NCBI GenBank assembly: GCA_046294975.1
Contig: JBKBOH010000007.1
Coordinates: 10,250 to 74,249, forward strand
Direction of reading: 5' to 3'
From: Erythrobacter sp.
GTDB taxonomy: Bacteria; Pseudomonadota; Alphaproteobacteria; Sphingomonadales; Sphingomonadaceae
DNA length: 64,000 nt
Shown: positions 18,395 to 28,233 of the stretch, piece by piece
How the letters are laid out: each line of letters opens with the position of its first letter
Position numbering within the stretch: position 1 is the stretch's first letter
Notes under the pieces: model-generated
Told to the model about the DNA's origin: nothing
Databases searched by the model: none
Seen by the model: the letters and a program-made list of their open reading frames with translations, nothing else
Made by a program: the position numbers and the translations under genes

Positions 18395-19522
18395 GTGCTT
18401 AGCCAGAAAGAAGCCTTCGCGCGGATCCGCCTGCTGCGCTCGCCCAATATCGGGCCGGTCGGCTATCGCCAGCTGATCGCGCGCTTCGGGACAGCGGCCG
18501 CAGCGCTCGACGCGCTGCCCGATCTCGCCAGCCGGGGCCGGGGACCATACCGACCGGCGACCCCCGAGAGCATCGAGCGCGAGGTTGCTGCCGTGCGCGC
18601 GGCGGGCGCGCGATACCTGTTCCACGACCAGCACGATTATCCCGCGCTGCTGGCCGAGCTCGATTCCGCCCCGCCTATCCTTACCGTTCGGGGCAATCTC
18701 GCGCTCGCATCCGCGCCCTGCGTCGCGCTGGTGGGCGCGCGCAATGCCAGCGCCGCCGCGGTCAAGCTGGCGCGCGATTTCGCCGCGGGGCTGGCCGAAG
18801 CGGGCTTCACTGTCGTCTCGGGCCTCGCCCGCGGGATCGACGGCGCGGCGCATGAGGGCGCCTTTCCGCAGACCATCGGCGTGATCGCCAGCGGGATCGA
18901 CATCGCCTACCCGCCGCAGCACGCAGGCTTGCAGGAACGCATCGCCCATGAAGCCCTGCTGATCGCCGAACAGCCCCCCGGCACGACCCCTCGCGGTCGG
19001 CATTTCCCCTCGCGCAACCGCATCATCGCCGGGCTTGCGCTCGGCACGCTGGTGGTCGAGGCCGCGCCGCAATCGGGCAGCCTCATCACCGCGCGGCTGG
19101 CGGGCGAGGCGGGGCGCGAGGTGATGGCGATCCCCGGCTCGCCGCTCGATGCCCGCAGCCTCGGGTGCAACCAGCTGATCCGCGACGGCGCAGTGCTGGT
19201 GCAGACGCCCGATGAGGTGGTGGAACTGCTGCAGAGCTTCACCGGTGCCCCCCGCTCGCGCTTCCGGGTGAGCGAGAGCGCGGCGGATTTCGACTATGCC
19301 GAACTCGCCAAGCTCGACTGGGGCGAGGGGCGGGCGGACCTTTCCGGCGACATTGCCAGCCTGTTGACCCACGCGCCGGTCGGCATCGACGAGCTGATCC
19401 GCCAGACGGGCGCAGGCGTTGCCGCGGTGCACATGGCGCTGCTCGAACTGGAGCTGGCCGGCGAACTGGTGCGCGAGGAGGACGGCACGGTGCGCCGCCT
19501 GGCCGCGGGGGAGGCGGCATGA
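18395..19522 (+). CDS. dprA: DNA-processing protein DprA
   Basis: VGARNAS, VVSGLARGIDG.AH, FPSRNRII.GL, SGSLITA; plsY-dprA-topA synteny. Confidence 0.94.
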   Translation: MLSQKEAFARIRLLRSPNIGPVGYRQLIARFGTAAAALDALPDLASRGRGPYRPATPESIEREVAAVRAAGARYLFHDQHDYPALLAELDSAPPILTVRGNLALASAPCVALVGARNASAAAVKLARDFAAGLAEAGFTVVSGLARGIDGAAHEGAFPQTIGVIASGIDIAYPPQHAGLQERIAHEALLIAEQPPGTTPRGRHFPSRNRIIAGLALGTLVVEAAPQSGSLITARLAGEAGREVMAIPGSPLDARSLGCNQLIRDGAVLVQTPDEVVELLQSFTGAPRSRFRVSESAADFDYAELAKLDWGEGRADLSGDIASLLTHAPVGIDELIRQTGAGVAAVHMALLELELAGELVREEDGTVRRLAAGEAA

Positions 19523-19616
19523 TGCCACGCCACTTCACACAAGCCGCTTGACGGTCTAGGCGCACCCCCCGCACCGTCGCGCGTACGTACACGTAAGGGA
19601 TTGCTCCATACCCGCC

Positions 19617-22169
19617 ATGCAGCTTGTCATTGTCGAATCCCCCGCCAAGGCCAAAACGATCGAGAAATATCTCGGCAAGGACTACAAGGTCCTCGCCTCC
19701 TATGGCCATGTGCGCGATCTGCCGGCCAGGGACGGCAGCGTGAAGCCGGACGAGGACTTCGCGATGGAGTGGGAACTCTACCGCGACAAGCAGAGCCGCT
19801 TCAGGGAAATTGCTGACGCGGCCAAAAAGGCCGACCGGCTGGTGCTCGCCACCGACCCTGACCGCGAGGGCGAGGCGATCAGCTGGCACGTGCAGGAGCT
19901 GCTGGCGCGAAAGAAGGCGTTGCCCAAACAGGTCGAACGGGTCACCTTCAACGCCATCACCAGGCAGGCGGTGACCGAGGCGATGGCGCGCCCGCGCGAG
20001 CTCGACCAGCCGCTGATCGACGCCTATCTCGCCCGCCGCGCGCTCGATTACCTGTTCGGCTTCACCCTTTCGCCGGTGCTGTGGCGCAAGCTGCCCGGTG
20101 CCAAGAGCGCAGGGCGCGTGCAATCGGTGGCGCTGCGCCTGATCGTCGAGCGCGAGCGCGAGATCGAGGCTTTCCGCGCCGAGGAATACTGGAACGTCGT
20201 GGCCAGGATGGAGCACGACGGGACGCCATTCGATGCGCGGCTGGTCAAGTTCAAGGGGGCGAAGCTGGAGAAGCTGAGCCTTGGCGAACAGGGCATCGCG
20301 CTGGAGGCGAAGGCCGCCGTGGAAGCGGGGCGCTTCACGGTGGAAGCGGTGGAAACCAGGCCGCTCAAGCGCAACCCCGCACCGCCGTTCACAACCTCCA
20401 CATTGCAGCAGGAGGCCGCGCGAAAACTCGGCTTTTCGGCGCAGCACACCATGCGCCTCGCCCAAAGCCTGTATGAAGCGGGCGCGATCACCTATATGCG
20501 AACCGACGGCGTGCAGATGGACGCGGGCGCGATCATGGCGCTGCGCGATGCCATTGGCGCGCGTTACGATGCCGCCTACCTGCCGGAAAAACCGCGCTTC
20601 TACAGCACCAAGGCCAAGAACGCCCAGGAAGCGCACGAGGCGATCCGGCCGACCGATTTCACCCGCGAACGGGCAGCCAGCGGCGACGAGGCCAAGCTTT
20701 ACGAGCTGATCTTCAAGCGCGCCATGGCCAGCCAGATGGCCGCAGCCCAGCTGGAACGCACCACTGTCACCTTGCGCGATGCCACCGGACAGCACGAATT
20801 GCGCGCCACCGGGCAGGTGATCCGCTTCCCCGGCTTTCTTGCGGTCTATCAGGAAGGCTTGGATGACAGCGAGGACGAGGACGGCGGATTGCTGCCGCAC
20901 ATGAAGGCGGGCGATTGCCCGGCCAAGCGCTCTGTCGAAGCCACCCGCCACTTCACCCAGCCGCCGCCGCGCTTTTCCGAAGCCTCGCTGGTCAAGCGGC
21001 TGGAAGAACTGGGCATCGGGCGCCCTTCCACCTATGCCTCGACCATCCAGACCCTGCGGGACAGAAGTTACGTGCGGATGGAGAAAAACCGCTTCTACGC
21101 CGAGGAATCGGGCCGCCTGCTGACCGCCTTCCTCGAACGCTTCTTCCCCACCTATGTCGCCTATGATTTCACCGCCGGCATGGAGGACGAGCTCGACATC
21201 GTCTCGGACGGGCGCGAGGATTACAAGGCGCTGCTCGCGCGGTTCTGGAAGGACTTCAAGCCCAAGGCCGACGAGGTGATGGAGAAGCTGCCTTCGGAGG
21301 TGACCGAGGCGCTGGACGAATATCTTTCCGATTACCTGTTCCCACCCAGGGAAGACGGTTCGGACCCGCGCGCCTGCCCGCTGTGCGCCGCGCAAGGGCG
21401 CGCCAATGGCCGCCTGAGCCTGCGCGGCGGCCGCTTCGGCGCGTTCGTCGCCTGCGCCAACTATCCGGAATGCAAATACACCCGCCGCTTTGCACAAGCG
21501 GGCGGCGAGGGCGAAGGCGGGGACGAGGACGGCATTATCGGCCAGCACCCCGAAACCGGCGAGGATATTTACCGCAAGACTGGCCGCTTCGGGCCTTATG
21601 TGCAGATGGGCGAGGGCAAGAATGCCAAGCGCGCCAGCATTCCCAAGGATCTCGACGACTTCGATCTGGACTGGGCGGTGAAGCTGCTCGGCTTGCCGCG
21701 GATCATTGGCACGCATCCTGATACGGGGCTGGAAATAGAGGCCAATATAGGGCGTTACGGGCCTTATCTCAGGCACGATGGAAAATACGGCAAGCTCACC
21801 AGCACCCGCGAGGTGTTCGAGGTGGGGATGAACCGTGCGGTCGATATCCTCGCCCAGGCCGCCAACCGCGGCGGTGCGGCACGGGGCAAGGCCGAAGCGA
21901 TTGCGACGCTGGGCGTGCACCCGGTCAATGGCGCCGAGATCAAGGTGATGCCGGGACGCTATGGCCCCTATGTCACCGACGGCACCACCAACGCCACCAT
22001 CGCGCGCGATGCGAAGCCGGAGGACGTGACGCTCGAAGCCGCGATCGCACTGATCGATGCCCGCGCGGCCAGGGGATCGGCCAAGGCCAAAGCCAGGAAA
22101 AAGGCCGCTCCGAAAAAGAAGGCTCCGGCCAAGGAAAAGGCTCCGGCCAGAAAGGCAGCGGCGAAATAG
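19617..22169 (+). CDS. topA: DNA topoisomerase I
   Basis: LVIVESPAKAKTI, ATDPDREGEAI, SAGRVQS, ITYMRTD (catalytic Tyr), GIGRPSTY; Lys-rich tail. Confidence 0.97.
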   Translation: MQLVIVESPAKAKTIEKYLGKDYKVLASYGHVRDLPARDGSVKPDEDFAMEWELYRDKQSRFREIADAAKKADRLVLATDPDREGEAISWHVQELLARKKALPKQVERVTFNAITRQAVTEAMARPRELDQPLIDAYLARRALDYLFGFTLSPVLWRKLPGAKSAGRVQSVALRLIVEREREIEAFRAEEYWNVVARMEHDGTPFDARLVKFKGAKLEKLSLGEQGIALEAKAAVEAGRFTVEAVETRPLKRNPAPPFTTSTLQQEAARKLGFSAQHTMRLAQSLYEAGAITYMRTDGVQMDAGAIMALRDAIGARYDAAYLPEKPRFYSTKAKNAQEAHEAIRPTDFTRERAASGDEAKLYELIFKRAMASQMAAAQLERTTVTLRDATGQHELRATGQVIRFPGFLAVYQEGLDDSEDEDGGLLPHMKAGDCPAKRSVEATRHFTQPPPRFSEASLVKRLEELGIGRPSTYASTIQTLRDRSYVRMEKNRFYAEESGRLLTAFLERFFPTYVAYDFTAGMEDELDIVSDGREDYKALLARFWKDFKPKADEVMEKLPSEVTEALDEYLSDYLFPPREDGSDPRACPLCAAQGRANGRLSLRGGRFGAFVACANYPECKYTRRFAQAGGEGEGGDEDGIIGQHPETGEDIYRKTGRFGPYVQMGEGKNAKRASIPKDLDDFDLDWAVKLLGLPRIIGTHPDTGLEIEANIGRYGPYLRHDGKYGKLTSTREVFEVGMNRAVDILAQAANRGGAARGKAEAIATLGVHPVNGAEIKVMPGRYGPYVTDGTTNATIARDAKPEDVTLEAAIALIDARAARGSAKAKARKKAAPKKKAPAKEKAPARKAAAK

Positions 22170-22256
22170 CATCGGCGCGCGTCCCAGCTCGCGCGCGTTG
22201 GTAAATCATAAAGCATTCCCGCCTATCACATGAGCCTCACGACCAGGGGCTGCACC

Positions 22257-22547
22257 GTGATTGAGATCGAAGTCCAGAACGAGACGCACCAGACCCAGGC
22301 CCGGATCCGCTTTGCCGCCGTGCCGCGGATCGGCGAAGGCCTGCGCCTGCGCGAACCCGACGGGATGTGGGCCAGCTACGATGTTCTCGACGTGTGGTAT
22401 CAAAAGGCCGAATTCGGCGATGTGTGGATGCCCTATCTTCACGTGCGGATGACCCCGGGCGAGGGCGCAGGCCATGCCGCCGATTCCTATGGTGAGGATT
22501 ACGGCGCCTGTGGTGCCGGCTATGCTGCGATCGGCGGGGGGCGTTGA
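22257..22547 (+). CDS. Hypothetical protein
   Basis: Host-like codon usage; 4-nt TTGA overlap with the downstream receiver gene; start uncertain (22230 or 22257). Confidence 0.6.
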   Translation: MIEIEVQNETHQTQARIRFAAVPRIGEGLRLREPDGMWASYDVLDVWYQKAEFGDVWMPYLHVRMTPGEGAGHAADSYGEDYGACGAGYAAIGGGR

Positions 22548-23191
22548 ACGTGCACAACCTTATCAAGCGCAATGCCGGCCCGCATCGCCGCAGCAACGCG
22601 GAAGGCCGGACACTGGCCGAAAAGCTGGCCGAGAGCGAAAAGGCGCGCGAGGCAGCGCAGGCCGGAACGGCGCCTGCGCCGGCCCCGCAACATGCGCCCG
22701 CCGCCGCTCCGGCCGACGATCTGCCGCCGCGCCCGCCCGCCGCGCCCGATGGCGACACCGATTCGATCGTCGCTGCCGCCAAGGTGATGCGCGATCGCTA
22801 CGCCGGCCGCCCTGCGCCGGCCGCCACCGCCAGAACCTGCCTGATCGTCGATGACAGCCGCGTGATCCGCAAGGTTTCGAGCAAGATCGCGCTCAGTCTC
22901 GGCTACGTGCCGATCGAGGCCGAGAACGGCGAGGAGGCGCTGGCGCGCTGCAAGAAGGCGATGCCCGATCTGGTGCTGACCGACTGGAACATGCCCGAAA
23001 TGGACGGCATCACCTTCGTCACCAAGCTGCGCGCGATCCCCACGCCCAAGGAGCCGGTGGTGGTGTTCTGCACCTCGAACGGCGAGGCCAAGGACATCCA
23101 CGACGGCATCGCCGCGGGCGCGGACGACTACATCGTCAAGCCGTTTGATGAAGCCGCGCTGCGCGCCAAGCTGGAGAAGCTGGGGCGGTGA
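22544..23191 (+). CDS. CheY-like response regulator with Pro/Ala-rich N-terminal extension
   Basis: LIVDDS, TDWNMPEMDG and YIVKPFD receiver motifs in the C-terminal part. Confidence 0.85.
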   Translation: MNVHNLIKRNAGPHRRSNAEGRTLAEKLAESEKAREAAQAGTAPAPAPQHAPAAAPADDLPPRPPAAPDGDTDSIVAAAKVMRDRYAGRPAPAATARTCLIVDDSRVIRKVSSKIALSLGYVPIEAENGEEALARCKKAMPDLVLTDWNMPEMDGITFVTKLRAIPTPKEPVVVFCTSNGEAKDIHDGIAAGADDYIVKPFDEAALRAKLEKLGR

Positions 23192-23210
23192 GCGATTGTG
23201 GCTGAGCGGT

Positions 23211-23849
23211 TCAGCCGAACAATCGCTTTCCTGCCTCTTTCCATTGGCGACTGCTCGTAAGGCTGCTCGATCGCAACGGTGCCTTGATGCCGGGGCAGAC
23301 TTCGCGGATCACCGTGCGAAGATTGTCGGCGAGCGATGGTGGAATCCATGGATTGAACGTGATGCCGCTGATCCAGTCGATCTCGATATCGAAATCCATG
23401 AATTCAGTAATCGTGTTGGTTTCGGCGATCACTCGCCATTCTTTCTCGTCGCTGTAGCCATCCCGCTTGATGAATGGGATTCGTTCGTAGTCGTCTGGGC
23501 CGCGCGCTCCAAGATCCTTCACTTTCAAGTATTGTACGGGACCGGCGCGAAAACCTCGCGTCCTGCGGACGGCCTCTTCCAACGGTTCGCGCTTGAACTC
23601 GATGCACACGCCTTCAATGCCAGCGGAGAAGACCCGCCAGTGATGATACGTCTCGGATGCCATCGTGCAGCACAGAGCCAATACCGATTTTGATGAGGAT
23701 TTCTCACGGTATAGCTTCATAAAGTAGGCGTCATTCGAGTCGTCCCATTTGGACGGACTCAAAAGAACAATCTTGCTCTGCTTCAGTGTTTGCAAAGCGC
23801 TGGACATGGTGGTGTAGCGCCGCACGAACTTGTTCAGCGTAGTACCCAT
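23211..23849 (-). CDS. DUF2971-like protein, lower GC than flanks
   Basis: WDD.ND, HWRVFS..EGVCIEF, K..GYSDEKEWR motifs; start overlaps the era stop. Confidence 0.7.
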   Translation of the reverse strand: MGTTLNKFVRRYTTMSSALQTLKQSKIVLLSPSKWDDSNDAYFMKLYREKSSSKSVLALCCTMASETYHHWRVFSAGIEGVCIEFKREPLEEAVRRTRGFRAGPVQYLKVKDLGARGPDDYERIPFIKRDGYSDEKEWRVIAETNTITEFMDFDIEIDWISGITFNPWIPPSLADNLRTVIREVCPGIKAPLRSSSLTSSRQWKEAGKRLFG

Positions 23850-24772
23850 CACCGCACCCAGTCCAGCCCGATTTCCTCGAAAATCTCCCTGTCCTCGGCC
23901 CAGTTCTCCAGCACCTTGACATGCAGGAACAGGTGCACCTTCACCCCCAGCATCTCGGCCAGTTCCTTGCGCGCCGCCGCGCCGATCGCCTTGATCTTCG
24001 CGCCGCCCTTGCCGAGCACGATCGCGCGCTGGTTCTCGCGGGCCACCACGATCTGTTGGTGGATTTCCACGCTGCCATCGGGGCGCAGCTGGTATTTTTC
24101 GGGCCGCACCGCGCTGTCATAGGGCAGTTCCTCGTGGAGCTGCCGGTAGAGCTGTTCGCGGGTGATCTCGGCGGCGAGCAGGCGTTCGGAGGCGTCGGAA
24201 ACCTGATCTTCCGGATACATCCATTCCCCTTCGGGCATCATCCGGGCGAGCGTGTCCTTCATCTCGCTCACGCCTTCACCCGTGAGCGCGGAAATGAAGA
24301 ACACTTCGGCAAAATCGACCTTGGCCGTCAATTCCTGCGCCAGCGCCAGCAGGGGTTCCTTCCTGGCGCGGTCGACCTTGTTGAGGGCGAGGATCTTGCG
24401 TTCGGGCCGGCTTGCGAGGGTTTCCAAAAGCGGCTCCAGTTCATGGCGGCGCTGCTTTACGCTATCAACCATCAGCAGCACCGCGTCGGCGGCCTGTGCC
24501 CCTTCCCACGCGGCGCTCACCATCGCCCGGTCGAGCCGGCGGCGGGGGGCGAAGATGCCGGGGGTGTCGACCAGGATCATCTGGGTGGGCGCGCCATCCA
24601 CCTCGTGCAGCGCGATGCCGAGCATCCGCGCGCGCGTGGTCTGGGCCTTGGGGCTGGTGATCGCGACCTTCTGGCCGACAAGGGCATTCACCAGGGTCGA
24701 CTTGCCGGCATTGGGCGCGCCGAGCACGGCAATGATGCCGCAGCGGGTGGGGGGAGGGGCGGTGTCTGTCAT
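23849..24772 (-). CDS. era: GTPase Era
   Basis: GAPNAGKSTL, QTTR, DTPG, NKVD, KH domain; lepB-rnc-era synteny. Confidence 0.96.
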   Translation of the reverse strand: MTDTAPPPTRCGIIAVLGAPNAGKSTLVNALVGQKVAITSPKAQTTRARMLGIALHEVDGAPTQMILVDTPGIFAPRRRLDRAMVSAAWEGAQAADAVLLMVDSVKQRRHELEPLLETLASRPERKILALNKVDRARKEPLLALAQELTAKVDFAEVFFISALTGEGVSEMKDTLARMMPEGEWMYPEDQVSDASERLLAAEITREQLYRQLHEELPYDSAVRPEKYQLRPDGSVEIHQQIVVARENQRAIVLGKGGAKIKAIGAAARKELAEMLGVKVHLFLHVKVLENWAEDREIFEEIGLDWVR

Positions 24773-24939
24773 GGGGCGCTCCTATCGAAAGCCACGCCGC
24801 TTGTCGAAGGCCGGGGCGCAGCCGTTGCCGGGTCATTGTCGTTTCGTTGCGGGGTCATTCGCATGCGCCGGCCGAGGCCGGCGATGTTTCTGCTTGGCAG
24901 AGCTTCGCTTCCACGTGAAACTTTACGGGAACAAAGAGC

Positions 24940-25623
24940 CTATCCGAAGGCTTCCAGAAAGGCCTTGGCGGCGAGCTTTTCGGCCTCGCTCTTGCTCGAG
25001 GCGGTGGCTTCGGCCGCGCCGACATTGCGGATCGAGACCCGCACAGTGAAGCGGGCGGCGTGATCGGGGCCGGATCGGTCGATGACCTCGTATTGCGGCA
25101 TCTGCCGGCGGTTGCCAGCGGCCCATTCCTGCAATGCGCTTTTGGGATGCTTGGCCTTGCCGACATCGCCTTCCAGCTCGCGCGCCCACATCCGGTAGAT
25201 CGCATCGCGCGCAGTGTCGAAGCCGTGTTCGACGAAGCAGGCACCGATCAGCGCTTCCATCACATCGCCCAGGATCTTGTCGCTGTCCGCCCCGCCATCA
25301 TCGCGCGCCTGCTTGCCAAGGCGGACATGCGCGGGCAGGCCGATGCTGCGGGCGATCCGCGCGCAGGTTGCCCCGCTGACCAGCGCGTTGAGGCGCTGCG
25401 AGAGCTTGCCTTCCGGCCCGTCGCCCGCGTGGTAGAGCCAGCTTGCCACCGACAGGCCCAGCACGCGGTCGCCGAGGAATTCGAGCCGCTGGTAATCGGT
25501 CGCCCCGCCGCCGGCGCCATTGAAGCTGCCATGGGTGAGCGCTTCGAGCCACGGGGTCTCATCGTCCACCACGAAGCCCTGCGCCTCCAGCCAGTCGCGG
25601 GTGGCAGGATCAAGGCCGGTCAC
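24940..25623 (-). CDS. rnc: Ribonuclease III
   Basis: YQRLEFLGDRVLGL signature and dsRBD (PKSALQEW); GTG start overlapping the lepB stop. Confidence 0.95.
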   Translation of the reverse strand: MTGLDPATRDWLEAQGFVVDDETPWLEALTHGSFNGAGGGATDYQRLEFLGDRVLGLSVASWLYHAGDGPEGKLSQRLNALVSGATCARIARSIGLPAHVRLGKQARDDGGADSDKILGDVMEALIGACFVEHGFDTARDAIYRMWARELEGDVGKAKHPKSALQEWAAGNRRQMPQYEVIDRSGPDHAARFTVRVSIRNVGAAEATASSKSEAEKLAAKAFLEAFG

Positions 25624-26456
25624 AGCGTGTCTCCGATCCGGTTCCAGCGCGCGGCCGAAAGCCATGTCCAGGGCCTGCTCCACTGCGCGCTGCCATCGGT
25701 CGACCACACGATGATCCCGGCGCGGCCCACCAGCCGGTCGAGCGGGACAAGACCCACCGCATCACCGGCGGCGGCCGGCCAGCGGCTGTCGCGCGAATTG
25801 TCGCGGTTGTCGCCCATCACGAACATCATGCCCTCGGGCACGGTGACGGGGGCGAAGCTGTCGCCCCCGGTGAGGCCGAAATCGAGCACCTCGTAAGCCC
25901 TGCCGCTGGGCAGCGTCTCGCGGAAGCGGTGATAGGCGCAGGCCTCGCTGCCGTCATCCTGCCGCACCCGTTCGCCGCCCCATTCGCATCCCGTGTTGGG
26001 CGACATGGGCACGAGGAAATCGCGCAAGGGCTCGCGCTGCACCTGTTTCCCGTTGAGCCGCACCTGTCCCCCGACCACCGCGATGGTATCGCCCGGCAGG
26101 CCGATCACCCGTTTGATGTAGTCGCTGCCGTCCACCGGGTGCTTGAAGATCACCACGTCGCCGCGTTCGGGAGCGCTGGCCAGCACGCGGCCGGCGGGCA
26201 GGGGCCAATCGAAGGGCAGCGAATGGCGCGAGTAGCCATAGGGCCACTTGGCCGCGAGCAAATAGTCGCCGTTCATCAGGCGCGGCAACATGCTCTCCGA
26301 CGGGATCGAGAAGGGCGAGAATACGAATACCCGCAGCGCCAGCACGGCCAGCAGCAATTTGATGAGAAACCAGAAAAATCCTGAACTCTCCCGGCGGCGC
26401 GGCGCGGATGCGGCGGCAAGCGCGGGATCCCGGAAAGATTGGCTCTTAACATCCAT
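25620..26456 (-). CDS. lepB: Signal peptidase I
   Basis: IPSESM.P, DYIKRVIGLPGD, MGDNRDNS.DSR. Confidence 0.94.
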   Translation of the reverse strand: MDVKSQSFRDPALAAASAPRRRESSGFFWFLIKLLLAVLALRVFVFSPFSIPSESMLPRLMNGDYLLAAKWPYGYSRHSLPFDWPLPAGRVLASAPERGDVVIFKHPVDGSDYIKRVIGLPGDTIAVVGGQVRLNGKQVQREPLRDFLVPMSPNTGCEWGGERVRQDDGSEACAYHRFRETLPSGRAYEVLDFGLTGGDSFAPVTVPEGMMFVMGDNRDNSRDSRWPAAAGDAVGLVPLDRLVGRAGIIVWSTDGSAQWSRPWTWLSAARWNRIGDTL

Positions 26457-26505
26457 CGTCTCTGCCCTTACTCGCCGCCGCAGACTTGCGCAAAGGGGAA
26501 CGGTG

Positions 26506-28068
26506 ATGATCGGATCGGGTTGGGCACGCGACAAGGCTGGTGTTGCAGCGGCATGGACACAATTGCGCTCGCTGGCCCCGACCACGCTGGCCGGCCTGTT
26601 CGCCGCCGATCCCGGGCGCACCGCCGCCATGACCCGGCGGATCACCTGGCCGCTCGCCCCCGGCAGCGAGGCCCAAGCGGGCATGATCATCGACTTTGCC
26701 AAGACCCATCTGGGCGAGGCCGAGCTGTCCGCCTTCGAGGCGCTGGCCGAGGCCGCGGGCTTTGCCGCGGCACGCGACGCGCTGTTTGGCGGCGGGATCG
26801 TCAATGTCACCGAAGGCCGCCCTGCCACGCATTGTGCCTTGCGCGGCAGCGGCAACGAGGCGCAGGTCGAGGAGGCCGAGGCGCTGCTCGCGCGGATGGG
26901 GATGCTGGTTGCCGCGATCCACGAAGGCGCCCTGGGCGAAGTGCGCCATTGCATCGCGATCGGCATCGGCGGTTCGGCACTGGGTCCGGCGCTGGCGATC
27001 GATGCGCTGACCCGTGATCTGGCGCTGGTCGATGTGCATGTCGTATCGAACATTGATGGCCTTGCTCTGGAAAAAGCCTTTGCCGTCTGCGATCCGGCCA
27101 CCACGCTGATTGCGGTTGCCTCCAAGACCTTCACCACCATCGAAACCATGACCAACGCCGCCAGCGCGCTCAAATGGCTGGCGGAAAATGGTGTGGCCGA
27201 TCCCGGCGGGCGGGTGGTGGCGCTCACCGCCGCGCCGGACAAGGCGGTGGAGTGGGGGGTGGACGAAACCCGCGTGTTGCCGTTCCCCGAAAGCGTCGGC
27301 GGGCGCTATTCGCTGTTCTCCTCGATCGGTTTTCCCGTAGCGCTGGCAGTGGGGATGGAGGAATTCGCCGCGATGCTGTCGGGGGCCAAGGCGGTCGATG
27401 ATCACTTCCGCGCCGCCGAAGGCCGCGCCAATGCCCCGCTGCTCGCGGCCTTTGCCGATCAGTATTACACCCGCCTCAAGGGGTGCCAGACCCGCGCCGT
27501 GTTCGCCTATGACGAGCGCCTCGCGCTGCTGCCCGACTATCTCCAGCAGCTCGAAATGGAATCGAACGGCAAGAGCGTTACCGTCGATGGCGAACCGGTT
27601 GACGGGCCGACGGCGGCGGTGACCTGGGGCGGGGTGGGCACTGATGCACAGCACGCAGTGTTCCAGTTGCTGCACCAGGGCACGCACCTGATCCCGGTCG
27701 ATTTCATTGCCTCGATTGCCCCTGGCGACGAACGCGATCCGGCGCATCACCGCATTTTGCTGATGAACTGCCTTGCACAGGGCGCGGCGCTGATGGCGGG
27801 CAAGACTGCGGATGATCCCGCGCGTGCCTATCCGGGCGATCGGCCGTCAACCACTATCCTTGTCGATGATTGCGATGCCGCCGCGCTCGGCGCGCTGATT
27901 GCTCTCCACGAACATCGCACCTTCGCCAATGCGGTATTGATGGGGATCAACCCCTTCGACCAGTTCGGGGTGGAGCTGGGCAAGGCGATCGCGCGGCAGA
28001 TCGAATCGGGTGAGGGCGCGTTCGATCCCAGCACCAGGGCACTGATGGAGGCCGCCGGGCTGGCCTGA
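26506..28068 (+). CDS. pgi: Glucose-6-phosphate isomerase
   Basis: IGIGGS.LGP, SKTFTTIET, VGGRYS, QQLEMESNGK, FDQFGVELGK. Confidence 0.95.
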   Translation: MIGSGWARDKAGVAAAWTQLRSLAPTTLAGLFAADPGRTAAMTRRITWPLAPGSEAQAGMIIDFAKTHLGEAELSAFEALAEAAGFAAARDALFGGGIVNVTEGRPATHCALRGSGNEAQVEEAEALLARMGMLVAAIHEGALGEVRHCIAIGIGGSALGPALAIDALTRDLALVDVHVVSNIDGLALEKAFAVCDPATTLIAVASKTFTTIETMTNAASALKWLAENGVADPGGRVVALTAAPDKAVEWGVDETRVLPFPESVGGRYSLFSSIGFPVALAVGMEEFAAMLSGAKAVDDHFRAAEGRANAPLLAAFADQYYTRLKGCQTRAVFAYDERLALLPDYLQQLEMESNGKSVTVDGEPVDGPTAAVTWGGVGTDAQHAVFQLLHQGTHLIPVDFIASIAPGDERDPAHHRILLMNCLAQGAALMAGKTADDPARAYPGDRPSTTILVDDCDAAALGALIALHEHRTFANAVLMGINPFDQFGVELGKAIARQIESGEGAFDPSTRALMEAAGLA

Positions 28069-28233
28069 CGCGCGGCTGATGCAAGCGCGTCACGCCGGCG
28101 GATTGGCGCGCGCACGGTGATTGCAGTTGTTTTACCGGCGGGTTGCAAATTTTCGTCCGCCGCTAACAAAATGACGCACCATCCCGCGCCGCGCGATATT
28201 TCGCGTCGAAATGCCGCGATTGCCGGAGAAGAT

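Noticed and set aside
22090-22165. AAGGCTCCGGCCA direct repeats at the topA 3' end
   Set aside because: They encode the Lys/Ala/Pro-rich TopA tail; not a CRISPR or mobile repeat
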